From the NCBI RefSeq assembly GCF_009914755.1, contig NC_060940.1: 64,000 nt of DNA, one strand, 5' to 3'. A model generated the notes under the pieces. The model saw nothing but the letters and a program-made list of their open reading frames with translations. It searched no databases and was not told the origin of the DNA. Both the position numbers and the translations under genes were made by a program. Numbering within the stretch: the stretch's first letter is position 1; each line of letters opens with the position of its first letter. Below, in pieces: positions 1 to 12,815 of the stretch. The DNA comes from the human T2T-CHM13v2.0 reference genome, Homo sapiens.

Positions 1-469
1 CCCCAACAAGCTTGAGCTGCCACCCCTAAGTGCCAGGCTTCCTGGAGGGCCCCTGCCCAGGCAGCAGGCCTGAGCTCCATGGGGATGGTGGCCTGTGCCC
101 TCCGACAGACACGGGGTTGGCCACTACTGAGGGTCAGCAGCGTGTGAGGCTGGCTGGTCACTGTGAGGCTCAGGAGGGCAGGGGGCCCAGGCCTCCATGG
201 AATACAGGGCCACTGGGAGGCCGGGTTCACGCTGCAGGGACAGCAGTACTGGAGCTATGGGGGGACTTGGGGCCACTGGGAGGCCAGGTCCACGCTGACC
301 ACAGGGATGGCACTGCTGGAGCTACAGGGAGGTTGCTGGGGCCGCTCTGGCTGAGCTCCCAGGTGCCAGGCCCCAGGCTCCAGGAGACAGCACGGCCTGT
401 TGTGCACACGAAGGAACCAGGAGCAGGGAAGGTCACTCGTGTCCTCGGGGTCTCACGGTTGCTGGGGTA

Positions 470-918
470 TGTTCAAGTCAAAATAAAAATGTAGAGGCGA
501 ATTTCCAAGTTTAACGTTTTATTTGGGAAGAAAGGATTGCATCTTGGGGCATATGTGCCGACCAGGTAAATGGTGGAGGTTGGAGAAGCAGTAGAAGGTT
601 GGTGGTTTTACAAGAAAGGAGAAGGTTACCTATTGCTCTTTGAGAAAGTTCACTGGCGCTGGGAAAGTTCTGAGGACCTGGGACGTGCTGGTCAGTGTGA
701 CAGCTGTGAGCAGAATTCCTTCTGGAGTTGGAGCAAGTGACCTCAGCAGCTGTGGATAAAACTGGTCCCAGGTGACAAAAGGCAGTTTCAGCAGCTGGAC
801 TTGCAGAGAATTCCATTCTTGGAGCAGTGTTGTGCCCTGAGTACTTTTCCCCTGCCTTCCGAAGGCAGTTTTAGTTGGTGTGACAAGAATGACACACTTT
901 GTATGATCAGTGTTTATA
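470..918 (-). mobile_element. ERV1 (MER4-group) solo LTR
   Basis: Starts tgttcaagtcaaaataaaaat...ttttatttggg (reverse AATAAA) and ends ...gacaagaatgac...tgtatgatca; ~450 bp; resembles MER4-group LTR consensus; subfamily not assigned. Confidence 0.7.
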
Positions 919-1789
919 GGTGTGAGCTTGGTGGTGGGGGCATCCTCTGCAAACTCATCCCAGCCATAACCAGGGGGGCCCTGGAGCAGCAGCCCCCGCC
1001 AAGGCCTCGGGAACTGGATTCCAGGCGCTCCGGGTGCCCGGCAAGAGGACCTGGGTGTCCGTGGGTCAGGACTCTGGAGCTCACTCTATCTGCCTTCTCC
1101 CTGCGGCTCACACTGGCCGGTGGCACCCTCCATTGGCGCCCTCACTCTCTGCATGTGGTCTGTCCGTGTCACTCATCTGCCCCTGTCACTTTGGCTTATT
1201 TATACCTTGCTGCCGAGGGCTTGCTCCTGACCGTGGCTGCCATGGAGCCCCACCTCCACCCGTCACCACATCGATTCTTTCCCTGTGGCCCCGTTTAAGT
1301 GCCCCAGGGAGGAATCTGGCCCAGTGCCTTCTTGCCCAGCCTCATTTCAGTGCCAGTCGCGAAAGCCCAGGGATTGTCTGCCCGGGAGCCCGGCGCACAC
1401 CCCTGGACACAGAAGTGCTGTCCGTTCAGACGTGGTAAGGAGGGGTCCGGGGGCCAGCTCTGCTCATCTCCTCATGCCCAGGGCTGGCCCACCATGGGCA
1501 CAGAGCAGCACATGGTCAGTGAGGCTGGAAATAAAGAGCCTACTTTTCCCGGCTGAGCTGAGTCCCTTTTGGTTCCAAATGGATTCTGTGTTCCTCCCTC
1601 TGGGGCAGGCTGGCCTGGCAGGAGGTCACCACACAGGGCCCCCAGGTGTGGAGTGGGTCCCTGGGGGATAAGGGCTGAGTGGAAATGGAGGGGAGGGTGC
1701 ACCTGTTGGGGGATTGACTTACCCAAGTCCAGGAGGAGGCTGTGCTGGAGGCACGGGGTCAGCAGGGACACCGTGGCTGTTTGCAGGTC

Positions 1790-2750
1790 GGGCTGTTTGG
1801 GATAATGCAGCGATGAGTGTCCGGTATGTTTCACTTCACTCACATAGATTCCTTGGGGTGGCACTGCCAGGTCCTGAGTAAGCCGACCTTTCACCTTTTA
1901 ACAGCACCAGCTGGCTTTCCAAAGCGGCTGAGCCATTTCCCATGCCCCCCGGCAGCAAGGGAACCGATTTCTCCACATTCTTACCGGCTCCTGCCATCCT
2001 CTGGGTTTTGATCAGGGTTATTCCAGCAGGTGTGCAGTGGGCTTCGATGCGCTTTTCCCCTCTTCATGGAGGTTGAGCTCCTTTGGATGTGTTTATTTGC
2101 CATTGACATGTCGTCTTTGGTGAAATGTCTATTCAAGTCTTTTCCCTATATTTTAAACATAAACTTTTTACTTTGGAAGAATTTTCTATTTCTAGGACAG
2201 TTGTGGCATGAGCCCTGCGTTCCCATGCCCCGTTGTCAGTCTCCCCCTCGCTGGTGTCTTAAGTCTCCATGGTGCATTTGGCTACCCTGAGAAGATGACG
2301 TTGGTCTGTACGTCAACAACATTGACTGACTACAAACAAATGTCAGACTTGGTTCTGATTTCAGTCATTTTTTCACCAACATCTCTGTTCTGTCCCAGGA
2401 CCCCGTGTGACACTCCATCCCCAGGGCCTCCTCTCAACTGAGACCATTTCTCAGAATTTCCCTATTTTTGAGGACCTTGACAGTTTTGAAGAGGACCGGC
2501 TGAGTATTTTGTGGACTGTCCCTCAATTTGAGTTCTCCTGGCGTTTTTCTCCTGGGTAGAGCGAGATCCTGGGTTTTCAGGAAGAACATGCAGGGGTCAA
2601 GTGCTTGGTGCCTCACATCCCCGCAGGGGTTGGCACCGCCAGCAGGACGTGTGGCTGTCGACACTGACCTGGGCCGCTGGGCTGAGGTCACGCTTGTCAC
2701 ACTGCTCTACTCTGTTCTTTGGAAGCAAGTCACTAAGCCCGGGCCACCAT
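1790..2750 (-). mobile_element. Old L1 fragments (L1M ORF2 3' end plus L1MC-like 3' UTR), antisense
   Basis: ...gtttatttgccattgacatgtcgtctttggtgaaatgtctattcaagtcttttccc... and ...gaccttgacagttttgaagaggaccggctgagtattttgtggactgtccctcaatttgagtt... match antisense L1M/L1MC consensus. Confidence 0.7.
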
Positions 2751-3169
2751 AACATTTTTATTGAGGTAAGCCTGGGAGGGTGCCCCAGACACTCGCTTGA
2801 AGTACATCAAATGTTTTCTGTGTGGAAAATGCCCAGCCCGGCCCCCATGAGCTGTGGGATACCAGGCAGGTCACCTCCCCTCTGTGAGCCTCCCCTGAAG
2901 AGGGAGGGGATCCTTGGACATATAGAGCCCTGGGCCTGGGCAGTGACATCACATTTAGGCCCTTGGAAGGGCATGGAAGGTCACGGGCTGCCGGGAGGAG
3001 AGATGGTATTTCAGTTGACCTAGGAGGGCCTGGGCCATGCAGGGGCTGGGTGAGGGCTGGGTGTGCTGGGTCCCTCTGCTCAGCCCTCCCCTTTCTCACA
3101 GCCCAGTCTTTCCATGAGGAGCAGGTGAAGGCGGGGCAGGCAGGGCAGGCAGGAGCTGGGCTCCACACC

Positions 3170-3280
3170 AGTGGAACTGGGTTTGAGTCTTTCCACTTTC
3201 CACGGCCGGCTGGGGCAAGCTGCATAATTTCTCTGCGCCTTAGCTTCTTTCCCTGCAAAATAGGGATAAAAACTGCACCC
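3170..3280 (+). mobile_element. MIR fragment
   Basis: ctggggcaagctgcataatttctctgcgccttagcttctttccctgcaaaatagggataaaaac = degenerate MIR core. Confidence 0.65.
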
Positions 3281-3440
3281 AGGCGGCCTGGCCTGTGACA
3301 GGTGGGTGCACCCGGGCAGCCGGGCCTATGACAGGTGGGTGCACCCGGACGGCCGGGCCTACAGCAGGTGGGTGCACCCTGGTGGCCGGGCCTACAGCAG
3401 GTGGGTGCACCCTGGCGGCCGGGCCTGTGGCAGGTGGGTA
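3275..3440. repeat. 33-bp GC-rich minisatellite, ~5 copies
   Basis: Unit ~gggtgcacccgggcagccgggcctatgacaggt; explains the GAPTCCRPG repeats in ORF 2758..3570. Confidence 0.9.
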
Positions 3441-3819
3441 GAACTGGTGTTTCCCACAGGAGATGAATATCACCCTGCAGCACATTCTTTTTCTTTTTCT
3501 TTTCTTTTTCCCAATCCTCATCTTTATTTTTATCTTTTGTCAACATCTTACTATGTGACTTTCCAAACACACGGACCTCTTAAGACCCCTGCACACACTG
3601 TGGGCCCCGCCTCCACCTGGGCTGCCCTGCTTCCTCCCACCATGTCTGTGTGGCATCCTCCCGCCCATCCTTACCGGGACGCTTGTTTAAATCACGTCTT
3701 TTGCACCTGCTGGTTGGTATTCTGCTCTCGGGAACTGCTGACCAATCCCCCCAGCACACAGTTGCTGGTTTTTCTGTCACCAGGATGGCCTTGTGAGTTG
3801 CTACTCTATTCCATGAGTT

Positions 3820-4180
3820 ACAACCTCAGTGGCTTCTGATGGCTCCTGAGGTGGTCAGGAGTGTCCCCACCTTTTCTGAGTGTGTCTGACTTCCCGGCAT
3901 AGATGCTCCAGGTGCACCCAGTCATTCTCCTGCCCACGCCCTGGACTCAGCCACTTCTCCATGGAGCCCCGGCTCCTTTAGAGCAGAGTGTTTTCTAGAA
4001 ACCACCATCCAGGATCTAGGTTCGCGTCCTGCATTTCTAGGTGGTTGTGACATCAGCACTGCCTCCTGTAGACAGGGCAAGCCATCATCAGCTGGAGACT
4101 GGCATTCGTTAGTAGCTTTTTTTCTTCTTGTAGGTAAATTGCGCCTGCAGTGAAATGCCAAATCTTCATGGACCGGAATT
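3820..4180 (-). mobile_element. L1MC4/5-like fragment
   Basis: agccacttctccatggagccccggctcctttagagcagagtgttttctagaaaccaccatccagg matches the antisense L1MC 3' region. Confidence 0.6.
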
Positions 4181-5034
4181 CTGGCATGCATCCTCCTGGA
4201 TGACCCCAAGCCCATGTGGGTAGAGAGAGGGTCTGGCCAGGGCCCTGCTCCCCACCCTGGGCCCAGGGGACTCCAGTTCCCTGACCTTCAGCCTCCCAGC
4301 CCTGCCACCCATCCTTCCCACCCATCCTTCCCAAGGACGTTGAGGGTGAAGGGGAGGAGATCTGGTTGGCTGCTCACAAACCAGCTGGGCCTTTCAGCAC
4401 CGTGAGCTGATGGCTGTGTGTGTCCATGTGGCCGGCCAGCTCGCCACGGTCCTGGACGCTCGCACCTGCTGCCTGGAGGGTATGGAAAATGGGGACAATC
4501 AGAAGCTCAGGACAAGGCCGGACTCCACGTGGCTGCTCAGGGCCTGCTTATCATGCAGACTCCCTGGGCATTTGTGTGCATGCTTCTGTGCCTGAGCTTC
4601 CTGGACAGTGACGTTCCATCCGTCTGCAGCATACAAAACCAAAGGCTTTTACCATACTCGATGCTTCGCAGACTGTGCCCAGATTCCAAGTATCCAAAGC
4701 AATCATGCTCACTCCACGGGAAGATTCTCCAGGCTGCTTTCCTCTGCCTCTTGTTTTTCTCTTGGCTTTTGCCTTCTTCTCATTCCTCCTCTCCAGGAAG
4801 GAAAAGTCCGTCGCTGAACACTTCTGTGTGGTGTTCAAGGCTTTCTGTGGAGGGCTAACCGCCGAGAACTTCTGGGCTTTGAGATCAGTGCCGTTGGCTT
4901 GAGCCTCCACCCATTTATTCTATCATTTATTCATTCATTCATTCTTGTTTCCAGTTCAGGAACAGACAGTTCAGGTGTGGGTCCCCCGTCTCGGGGCTGG
5001 CATCCAGGCTGAGGATTCATGGCCGGTCCACATC

Positions 5035-5260
5035 CCAGCTCTGGAATCAGACAGGCCTGGGTTGGGATTCAGCTCAGTTGTTCACTGTGTGACTTGGAGT
5101 GAGTCACATTCCCTCTCTGAGCCTCAGGGGTCCTCCTCTATAAGAGGGGGATGGTAACAGAACCTGCCTTATAGGGTTGTTGAAAGGATTCAGTGAGATT
5201 CTGCACAGAATGTTCGAGCCCAGGCCTGGCTTCCGGGAGAGCATGGTGACGTTAGTCACC
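5035..5260 (+). mobile_element. MIR
   Basis: ctctggaatcagacaggcctgggtt...tgtgtgacttgga...ctctctgagcctcag...atagggttgttgaaaggattcagtgagatt. Confidence 0.8.
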
Positions 5261-5851
5261 GTCATCATCTTTGTTGGTAATAACAGACCCTGCGGAAAAG
5301 CTATTGTGCAGAATTTGGACAAAGTACGTGGGAATGTGGCAACATGTGCAGCTGCTCTTCCCCAGGGAGGGGGTTAGGGCCGGGGCCGGGGCCAGAGGCG
5401 GCTTCGCAGACTATGAGGGTGATTTGTGAGAAGGTGGCCTAGGCTAGAACAGCCCAGACAGAGGCATGAAGTGTGGGGAGCCGTGTGAGTTCACAGTGGG
5501 CGGACTGGCTTCCAGGGCTGGGCTGCAAAGGTCTCAAAGGCCTCAGTAGGACGGCATGTGTGGCACGTGGAAAGGAAGCCGCCTGATGACGCTGCTTGCT
5601 CCCAACAGGGTCTGAGACTAGAGCATCCAGGGGGCCAGGCCCCAACAGCAGGAATCCCCACGGAGCTCAGAGCAGAGCTGCATGCAGGAATCAACAAAGG
5701 GTCAGAGCGAAGGTGAGGCAGGGGAGCTGAGTCACCACAGCAGGCAGGTCCAATGGAGACTAAGTAGGAACTGACCATCAAGAACTCAACAGACTTGGGA
5801 ACAGACAGGGCTGGGGCACAGTGTCAGATTCTAGACATGGCAGGGCTCTCA

Positions 5852-7365
5852 GGGTGGGTGGATGGATGGTGGGTGGGTGGGTAGATGGATGAATTGTGGA
5901 TAAATGGGTGGGTGGATGGATATATGAATGAGTGAGTGGATGGACAGATGGATGGATGGGCGTATGGCTAGATGAGTGGGTGGATGGATGAATTGTGGAT
6001 AAATGGGTAGGTGCATGGATAGATGAGTGGTTGGGTAGTTGAATGGGTGGACAGACCAGATGGATGGATTTATGAGTGGGTGAATGAATGAATTGGGGAT
6101 AAATAGGTGGGTAGATGGATAGGTAAATGGGTGGATGGATGAATAGATGAGTGGGTAGATGGATGAATTTTGGGTAAATGGGTAGGTGGATGGATAGACG
6201 AGTGGGTGGGTAGATGGATGGGTGGGTGGATGAATTGCGGGTTGTTAGATGGATGGATAAATGGATGTGTGGATGAGTAGATGGATGGATGAGAAGTAAT
6301 GAATGGATATGTGGATAGACGAATGGGTGGGTGGATGGATGGGTGGGTGGGTGGGAGGATGGATGCATGCTGGGTGGTTAGATGGGTGGATGAATGAGTG
6401 GGTTGATGTAGATGGATGGATGGGTGGGTAGGTGGATGGATGGTGACTGGATGGATGAATGGTGGATAAATGGTGTGGATGGTTGTATGCTGGGTGGTGA
6501 GATAGATGAATGAACAGGGGGGTGTATGGATAGATGAGTGGATAGATGAATGAACAGGTGGGTGTATGGATGGACGAGTGGATAGATGAATGAACAGGTG
6601 GGTGTATGGGTAGACGAGTGGACAGATGAATGAACGGGTGGGTGTATGGATAGACGAGTGGACGGATGGATGAACGGGTGGGTGTGTGGATAGACGAGTG
6701 GACGGATGGATGAACGGGTGGGTGTGTGGATAGACGAGTGGACGGATGGATGAACGGGTGGGTGTGTGGATAGACGAGTGGACGGGTGGATGAATGGGTG
6801 GGTGTGTGGATAGACGAGTGGACGGATGGATGAACGGGTGGGTGTGTGGATAGACGAGTGGACGGATGGATGAACGGGTGTGTGTGTGGATAGACGAGTG
6901 GACGGATGGATGAACGGGTGGGTGTGTGGATAGACGAGTGGACGGATGGATGAACGGGTGGGTGTGTGGATAGACGAGTGGACGGGTGGATGAACGGGTG
7001 GGTGTGTGGATAGACGAGTGGATGGATGGATGAACGGGTGGGTGTGTGGATAGACGAGTGGACGGATGGATGAACGGGTGGGTGTGTGGATAGATGAGTG
7101 GACGGATGGATGAACGGGTGGGTGTGTGGATAGACGAGTGGACGGATGGATGAATGGGTAGGTGTGTGGATAGACGAGTGGACGGATGGATGAATGGGTG
7201 GGTGTATGGACAGACGAGTGGATAGATGGATGAACAGTGGATAAATGGGTGGATGGATAGATAGACTGGTGGGTAGGTGGACAGGCAGGCACATGGCTGG
7301 ATGAGTGAGTGGGTGGATGGATAGCTGGATAGATGGATGGATGGGTGAGTGAATGGATACATGAA
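5852..7365. repeat. (TGGA)n-type simple repeat with a homogeneous 40-bp VNTR core (~6500-7240, ~18 copies)
   Basis: Core unit ggatagacgagtggacggatggatgaacgggtgggtgtgt; degenerate ggat/gggt flanks. Confidence 0.95.
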
Positions 7366-7545
7366 TGAAGTTGCCAGTTGAAGCCACTTGCTGCAATCCT
7401 GTGTGGTGTTATGCTAGGAAAAGAATGACCTTCAGAGGAAAACAGTCATGGTTCTGTCCCTCACAACCACATTACTCTGCAGTAGTTCCTCAATAATATC
7501 CATCCAACAAAGGATTTTTATATAGAACTTATTTTACAAAGTCGT

Positions 7546-8305
7546 GCACATGAAAAGACGCACAATATCACTAATCATTGGGAAATGCAAATCAAAACCA
7601 CACTGACATACCACCTCACGCCCATTAAGATAATTACCATAAAACACAAAGCTAAACCAGAAAATAACATGTGTTGGCAAGGACGTAGGGACGCTGGAAC
7701 CCTCCTGCACGGTTGGTGGGAATGTAAATGGCACCGCATCTGTGGAAGACGGTATGGAAGTTCCTGAAAAAATTAAAACTATGTCTGCTTTATGATTCAG
7801 CCGTCCCACTTTTGTGTACATACCCAAATGAACTGAAAGCTGAGGTCCAAAGAAACATCCGCACACCCATGTTCACAGCAGCACTATTCACAACTGCTAA
7901 AAGGTGAAAGCAATTCAATATCTGTGGACAGGTGAATTGATACATACAATGTGGTGTATTCACACCATGGAATATTTTTTATTCAGCCTTAAGAAACTCT
8001 GACACATGCTACCACATGGACGGACCCTGAGGACCATCCTGCTCAATGAAATAAGCCAGACAAGAAAAGACAAAAACTGTCTAATGCCCGTGGTGTGAGG
8101 TCCCTAGAGCAGTGAGATTCACAGGGCTGGGAAGTTAGTCTTTAATGGAGACAGAGTTTCAGTTGGAAAGCTGAAGAGAGTTCTGTGGATGGTGGTGGTG
8201 ATTGCACAATGCCGGAAACGTGTTTGATGCCACTGAACTGCTTACTCAGAAATGGCTAAAGTGGTAAATTTTATGTTACATGTATTTTACCACAATAAAA
8301 GATAA
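7546..8305 (+). mobile_element. L1MB-type 3' fragment
   Basis: gaaatgcaaatcaaaaccacactgacataccacctcacgccc (ORF2 end, MQIKTT..YHLTP) through gtggtaaattttatgttacatgtattttaccacaataaaa (L1MB 3' end with polyA signal). Confidence 0.9.
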
Positions 8306-10539
8306 AAATATAAGTCTCATAAACATGGTGTTGCATGAAGTCACATGCTTCTGGTGTGACTGCACCAATAGAAGTTTCACAACAGATCAGTCCACCCTCT
8401 GCCTTCAGAAGACAGGCTGGTGTCCGGGCGGGGCCCCCGGGGAGGGCAGGCCGTGTCCTGATCCTGGATCAGGCTCTGGGTTCATGTGTGTGCTCTGTGT
8501 GAAAAGGCTGTGGGGGTGTGCTTGCTTGCTCATTTTTCTGTGTTTCTGTTATCCTTGGAAGAAGGTTTTAAAACTACAGAATTCAGTCCAATTCTGCTAT
8601 TCAGTTATTAGAGTAAAGGACACTTCGTTCACCATAGCTTCATGGAGGACTCGCCGTATTGCCTTAGCCCTCACTCATGGCCATAGGATCCTGAGAACCT
8701 TCTCATGGACCTGACATGGTTCACAGATGGACACTGGCAAACATTGCTTATGGGGTAGAACTGGCCCCCAGGCAACAGCGGAGCTGTTTTACAAACAGCG
8801 TATACCCGCTTGGACACTCGCTCGCACACATGCCAACACTCTGATTTAAAAACTAAAAAGGAGCAAACTTGCCTTAAAGACAGAGTGAGTGTGTGGGAGG
8901 GGGTTTTCGGGAAGCCTGGGTGTCCCCACCCCCACGTCTGTGGGCTGGAAAGATAGGGCACAAATGCTCCCACGAGCTCTGCGACCTGGAAACGATTAAT
9001 TAATTAGACAGTGGAGACGGGAGCCTGCCGCGCATTTGGCCTCTGCAGGCAGCTGCTTTTTTATGTCTTGCTGACAGTCCGAACGATCCTACATAAAATG
9101 GGGAGGGGCCGGCGAGCACCTGGGGAGGCTGAACAGTGGATCCCAGCAAGCACAGCCATCATGCAAAGACCCCAGCCTCCAGTGCTCTGCACTTTTACAT
9201 GTAAAACATCACCAGAGACAAGAAAACATGTCTTTGGAGATTACCTGGGTTAGTTGGAGTCATGGGTGCTGAGTTAGCTGGAGTTAGCTGGGGTGACGGG
9301 TGCTGAGGAAGGCACCAAGAATCCAGTGCTCCTGAGATCCCCTCAGAGCCACAGCTCCTGCCGCCACCCACCTTCCGGGGCATTGATGGCGGGAGGGTGC
9401 CTGGAGTGGCTCGGGCCCTCACAGCATCCTTCCACCTCTGTCATCACCCCAAGAGGGAGGCGCGGCTTTCTCCTCATGACTAGAGTGGGTACACTGAGGC
9501 ACTGAAAGACCAGGCTGGTGTCCAGGCTGCTGGCTCTGAATCCCATGCAGCTTCTAAACCGGTGTTTGTCACGAGCCTGATTTCCTCCTTCCCCCAAACC
9601 CCAAAGCCTCACAGGACCCTGGTTAGGGAAGGAAGTGTGGGGCTGGCAGCATGGTCCTGACTCTTGTTGCGGCATGGTGGAGGGGATAAGACCCCCCCAG
9701 GAGGCGGGGCACAGGGGAACAGGGGAAGGTGTCTCCCCAGCCCCTGGCTCACACAGCCCAAGTGAGACACAGAGTCCTGTAAGATGGAGACCAAGGGGCC
9801 GGAAAACACGGGAACAGGCCCATAAAGTGCAGAGTCCATCCTGGGAGGCCGAGGCAGCGACCCCGGCAGGACCACAGTGCTGCAGTCCTTCCCCCAGCAT
9901 GATGCCGCCTGGCACCCTCCAACCGGCTCCACATGGGCCAGCAAGTGGACACCCCTCTGGGGCACAGTGCAACGACCAAACAGAGTGATCCAGACTTAGA
10001 TGCCATCCTGGGGGTGGGGGATGGGGTGAGAAAACGAGGCCCCTGCACAGGAGTCAAGGCCACAGAAAGCCAGATGGGCAGGTCCTGGGATGGCCAGGCC
10101 CCTGTGCGTGTAAGCGAGTGTGCAGAAAACCATCCAAGCACGCTCGCTGGATATGGAGTGGGGGTGCAGCAAGCAGTGGGGACTGGGAGGAAAGTCAGTG
10201 CATTTCAGACAAGTGCCATCAAGCGGGCCCCTCTCCTCCACGGGGCCTGGCAACTGCCCACCCTGGGGGGCTGCACCCTACTGGTTTCCCCAGCACCCCC
10301 ACCGAGCACCTCAGCCTAAATGCCTGTGTGTGATTTGCAGAGTCCTCCGGAGGCTGAGAGCAAACGGCTGCACTAGGAACCCAGCAGTCAGACCGGCCCC
10401 CACCCTGGAGTGAACACATCGCCACTGCCAGGCATCGCAGGGGTAAGGAGCGGTTTTCTCTTCTCTTTAAAGCTTGATTTCACGTCATGTCCTGCCTTTT
10501 TCCTTATGTTTATTGTCACGGGCTGTATCGCATGAAGAC

Positions 10540-11977
10540 AGTGCACGAGTTAGTACTGGAATCACAGCAGTGCATGGGTCAGTGCTGTGCCACACTGACA
10601 CTTGGTCAGTACCATGCACAGTTAGTGCTGTGCCACGCTGACTCTCGGTCAGTACCATGTAGATATCAGTGCACGGTTAGTGCTGCGCCACGCTGACGCT
10701 CAGTCAGTACTATGTAGATATCATTAGTGCTGCGTCACACTGACTCTCGGTCAGTACCGTGTAGATATCATTAGTGCTGCATCACACTGACACTCGGTCA
10801 GTACCGTGTAGATATCAGTGCACGGTTAGTGCTGCGCCACGCTGACACTCGGTCAGTACCGTGTAGATATCAGTGCACGGTTAGTGCTGTGCCATGCTGA
10901 CACTCGGTCAGTACCGTGTAGATATCAGTGCACGGTTAGTGCTGTGCCACAGTGACAGTCAGTATTGTGTAGATATCAGTGCACAGTTAGTGCTGCGCCA
11001 TGCCGACACTTGGTCAGTACTGTGCTGATGTTGGTGCACAGATCAGTGCTGTGCCACACCAACACTTAGTCAGTACCTTGCACAGTTTAGTGCTGTACCA
11101 CACCGATGCTTGGTCAGTACCGTGTTGATTTTTGTGCACGTGTTGATTTTCGTGCACGTGTTGGTGCTGTGCCACCCTGACGCTTGGTCAGTACTGTGCT
11201 GATGTTGGTGCACAGGTTAGTGCTGTGCCACACCAACGCTTCATCGGTACCATGTAGATATCAGTGCATGGGTTAGTGTTGTGCCACGCTGACGCTTGGT
11301 CAGTACCATGCATGGGTTAGTGCTGTGCCACACCAATGCTTGGTCAGTACCATGTTGATTTTGTTGCACGTGTTGGTGCTGTGCCACCCTGATGCTTGGT
11401 CAGTCCCATGCCGATGTCAGCACACGGGTTGGTGCTGTGCCACCCTGATGCTTGGTCAGTACTGTGCTGATGTCGGTGCACAGGTTAGTGCTGTGCCACA
11501 CCAACACTCAGTCAGTACCATGTAGATATCAGTGCATGGGTTAGTGTTGTGCCACGCTGACGCTTGGTCAGTACCATGCATGGGTTAGTGCTGTGCCACA
11601 CCGATGCTTGGTCAGTACTGTGTCAATTTTGGCACACAGATTAGTGCTGGGCCATGCTGACGCTTGGTCAGTACTGTGCTGATGTTGGCTCACAGGTTAG
11701 TGCTGTGCCACACCAATGCTTTGTCAGTACCGTGTCAATTCTGGTGCATGGGTTAATGCTGCACCACACTGATGCTTGGTCAGTACTGTACTGATGTCGG
11801 TGCACAGGTTAGTGCTGTGCTATGCTGACACTTGGTCAGTACCATGCACGAGTTAGTGCTGTGCCACAATGATGCTTGGTCAGTACTGTGTCAATTTTGG
11901 TGCATGGATTAATGCTGTGCCACACTGATGCTTGGTCAGTACTGTGCTGATGTCGGTGCACAGGTTAGTGCTGTGTC
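10540..11977. repeat. Complex minisatellite, 43/44-bp and 55/56-bp variant units, ~27 copies
   Basis: Shared core gttagtgctgtgccacgctgacgcttggtcagtac plus a variable 9- or 21-bp segment (e.g. cgtgtagatatcagtgcacg). Confidence 0.95.
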
Positions 11978-12535
11978 TCATTGGAATAAGAAGGACAGTA
12001 GCTCCTGACTGTTGGAAGCAGGGAATAGTAGACTGTGTCTTCATTCTTGTTCTTGCCTTTTGTCCATAGTTTTGGTCTTGGTGTGCTCATGGCTTTGATT
12101 TGTACTTCAAAGTGTGTGGGGCCTCATCATTCAATGACTAAGCTGCCAGCTGGGTCAGAGAAACAAGTTGAGCGAAAATGGACCTAGCATGGGATCTGTT
12201 TGTCCATTAAGGGATTTAGTTAGATTCTTAATCAAGAGTTTAAATTTCTGCTGTGTATGCATTTGATAATTCTTACAAAATGTGACTGATCCTACACATA
12301 AAATGTTAGGTACTTCATTTCAGTGGGGGAAGGATTGTCGTTGAATTCTAACTGAATTATTGCCAGGAATTGGTCCCATGGACTTCCCAGTCAGTAGAAT
12401 GACTTACGTGGTAGCTCTTGGTGATGCTGGTGAAGGCTGGTGAGGCACAGCTGGGAGAGTTGGGCAGCTGTGAGAGCTGTCAGCTGTGGCCATCCTGCAG
12501 CTGCTACTGGCACGCTGTGCTGACCTCGTTGTCCC

Positions 12536-12815
12536 AGACCTCGTTGTCCACAGAACGTCAGCCATGCACGTGGAAATAAGAACATGTAGCCACACTGCTG
12601 TGCGGATTTACAGACCTCACAATGTTAGCCGTGCACATGGAAATAAAAACATGTAGCCACCCTGTGCTGTGCAGATTCACAAACCTCGCAGTCCACAGAA
12701 CACCAGCTATGCACGTGGAAAGGAGAATGTGTAGCCACGCTGTGCTGTGCAGAGTCACAGACCTCGCAGTCCATGGAATGCCATTCATGCACATGGAAAG
12801 AACATTTAGCTACAA
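12536..12815. repeat. ~77-bp diverged tandem repeat, ~4 copies
   Basis: agacctcgcagtccacagaac...tgcac(g/a)tggaaa...atgtagccac...tgctgtgcaga repeated. Confidence 0.85.

Noticed and set aside
5778-7396. Long minus-strand H/P/S-rich ORFs (196-430 aa)
   Set aside because: Translations of the (TCCA)n/40-bp repeat, open in all three frames because the unit lacks stop codons.
10540-11977. CRISPR-like repeat-spacer appearance
   Set aside because: Primate DNA, no cas genes, degenerate repeats, and the 'spacers' are related to each other: a minisatellite.
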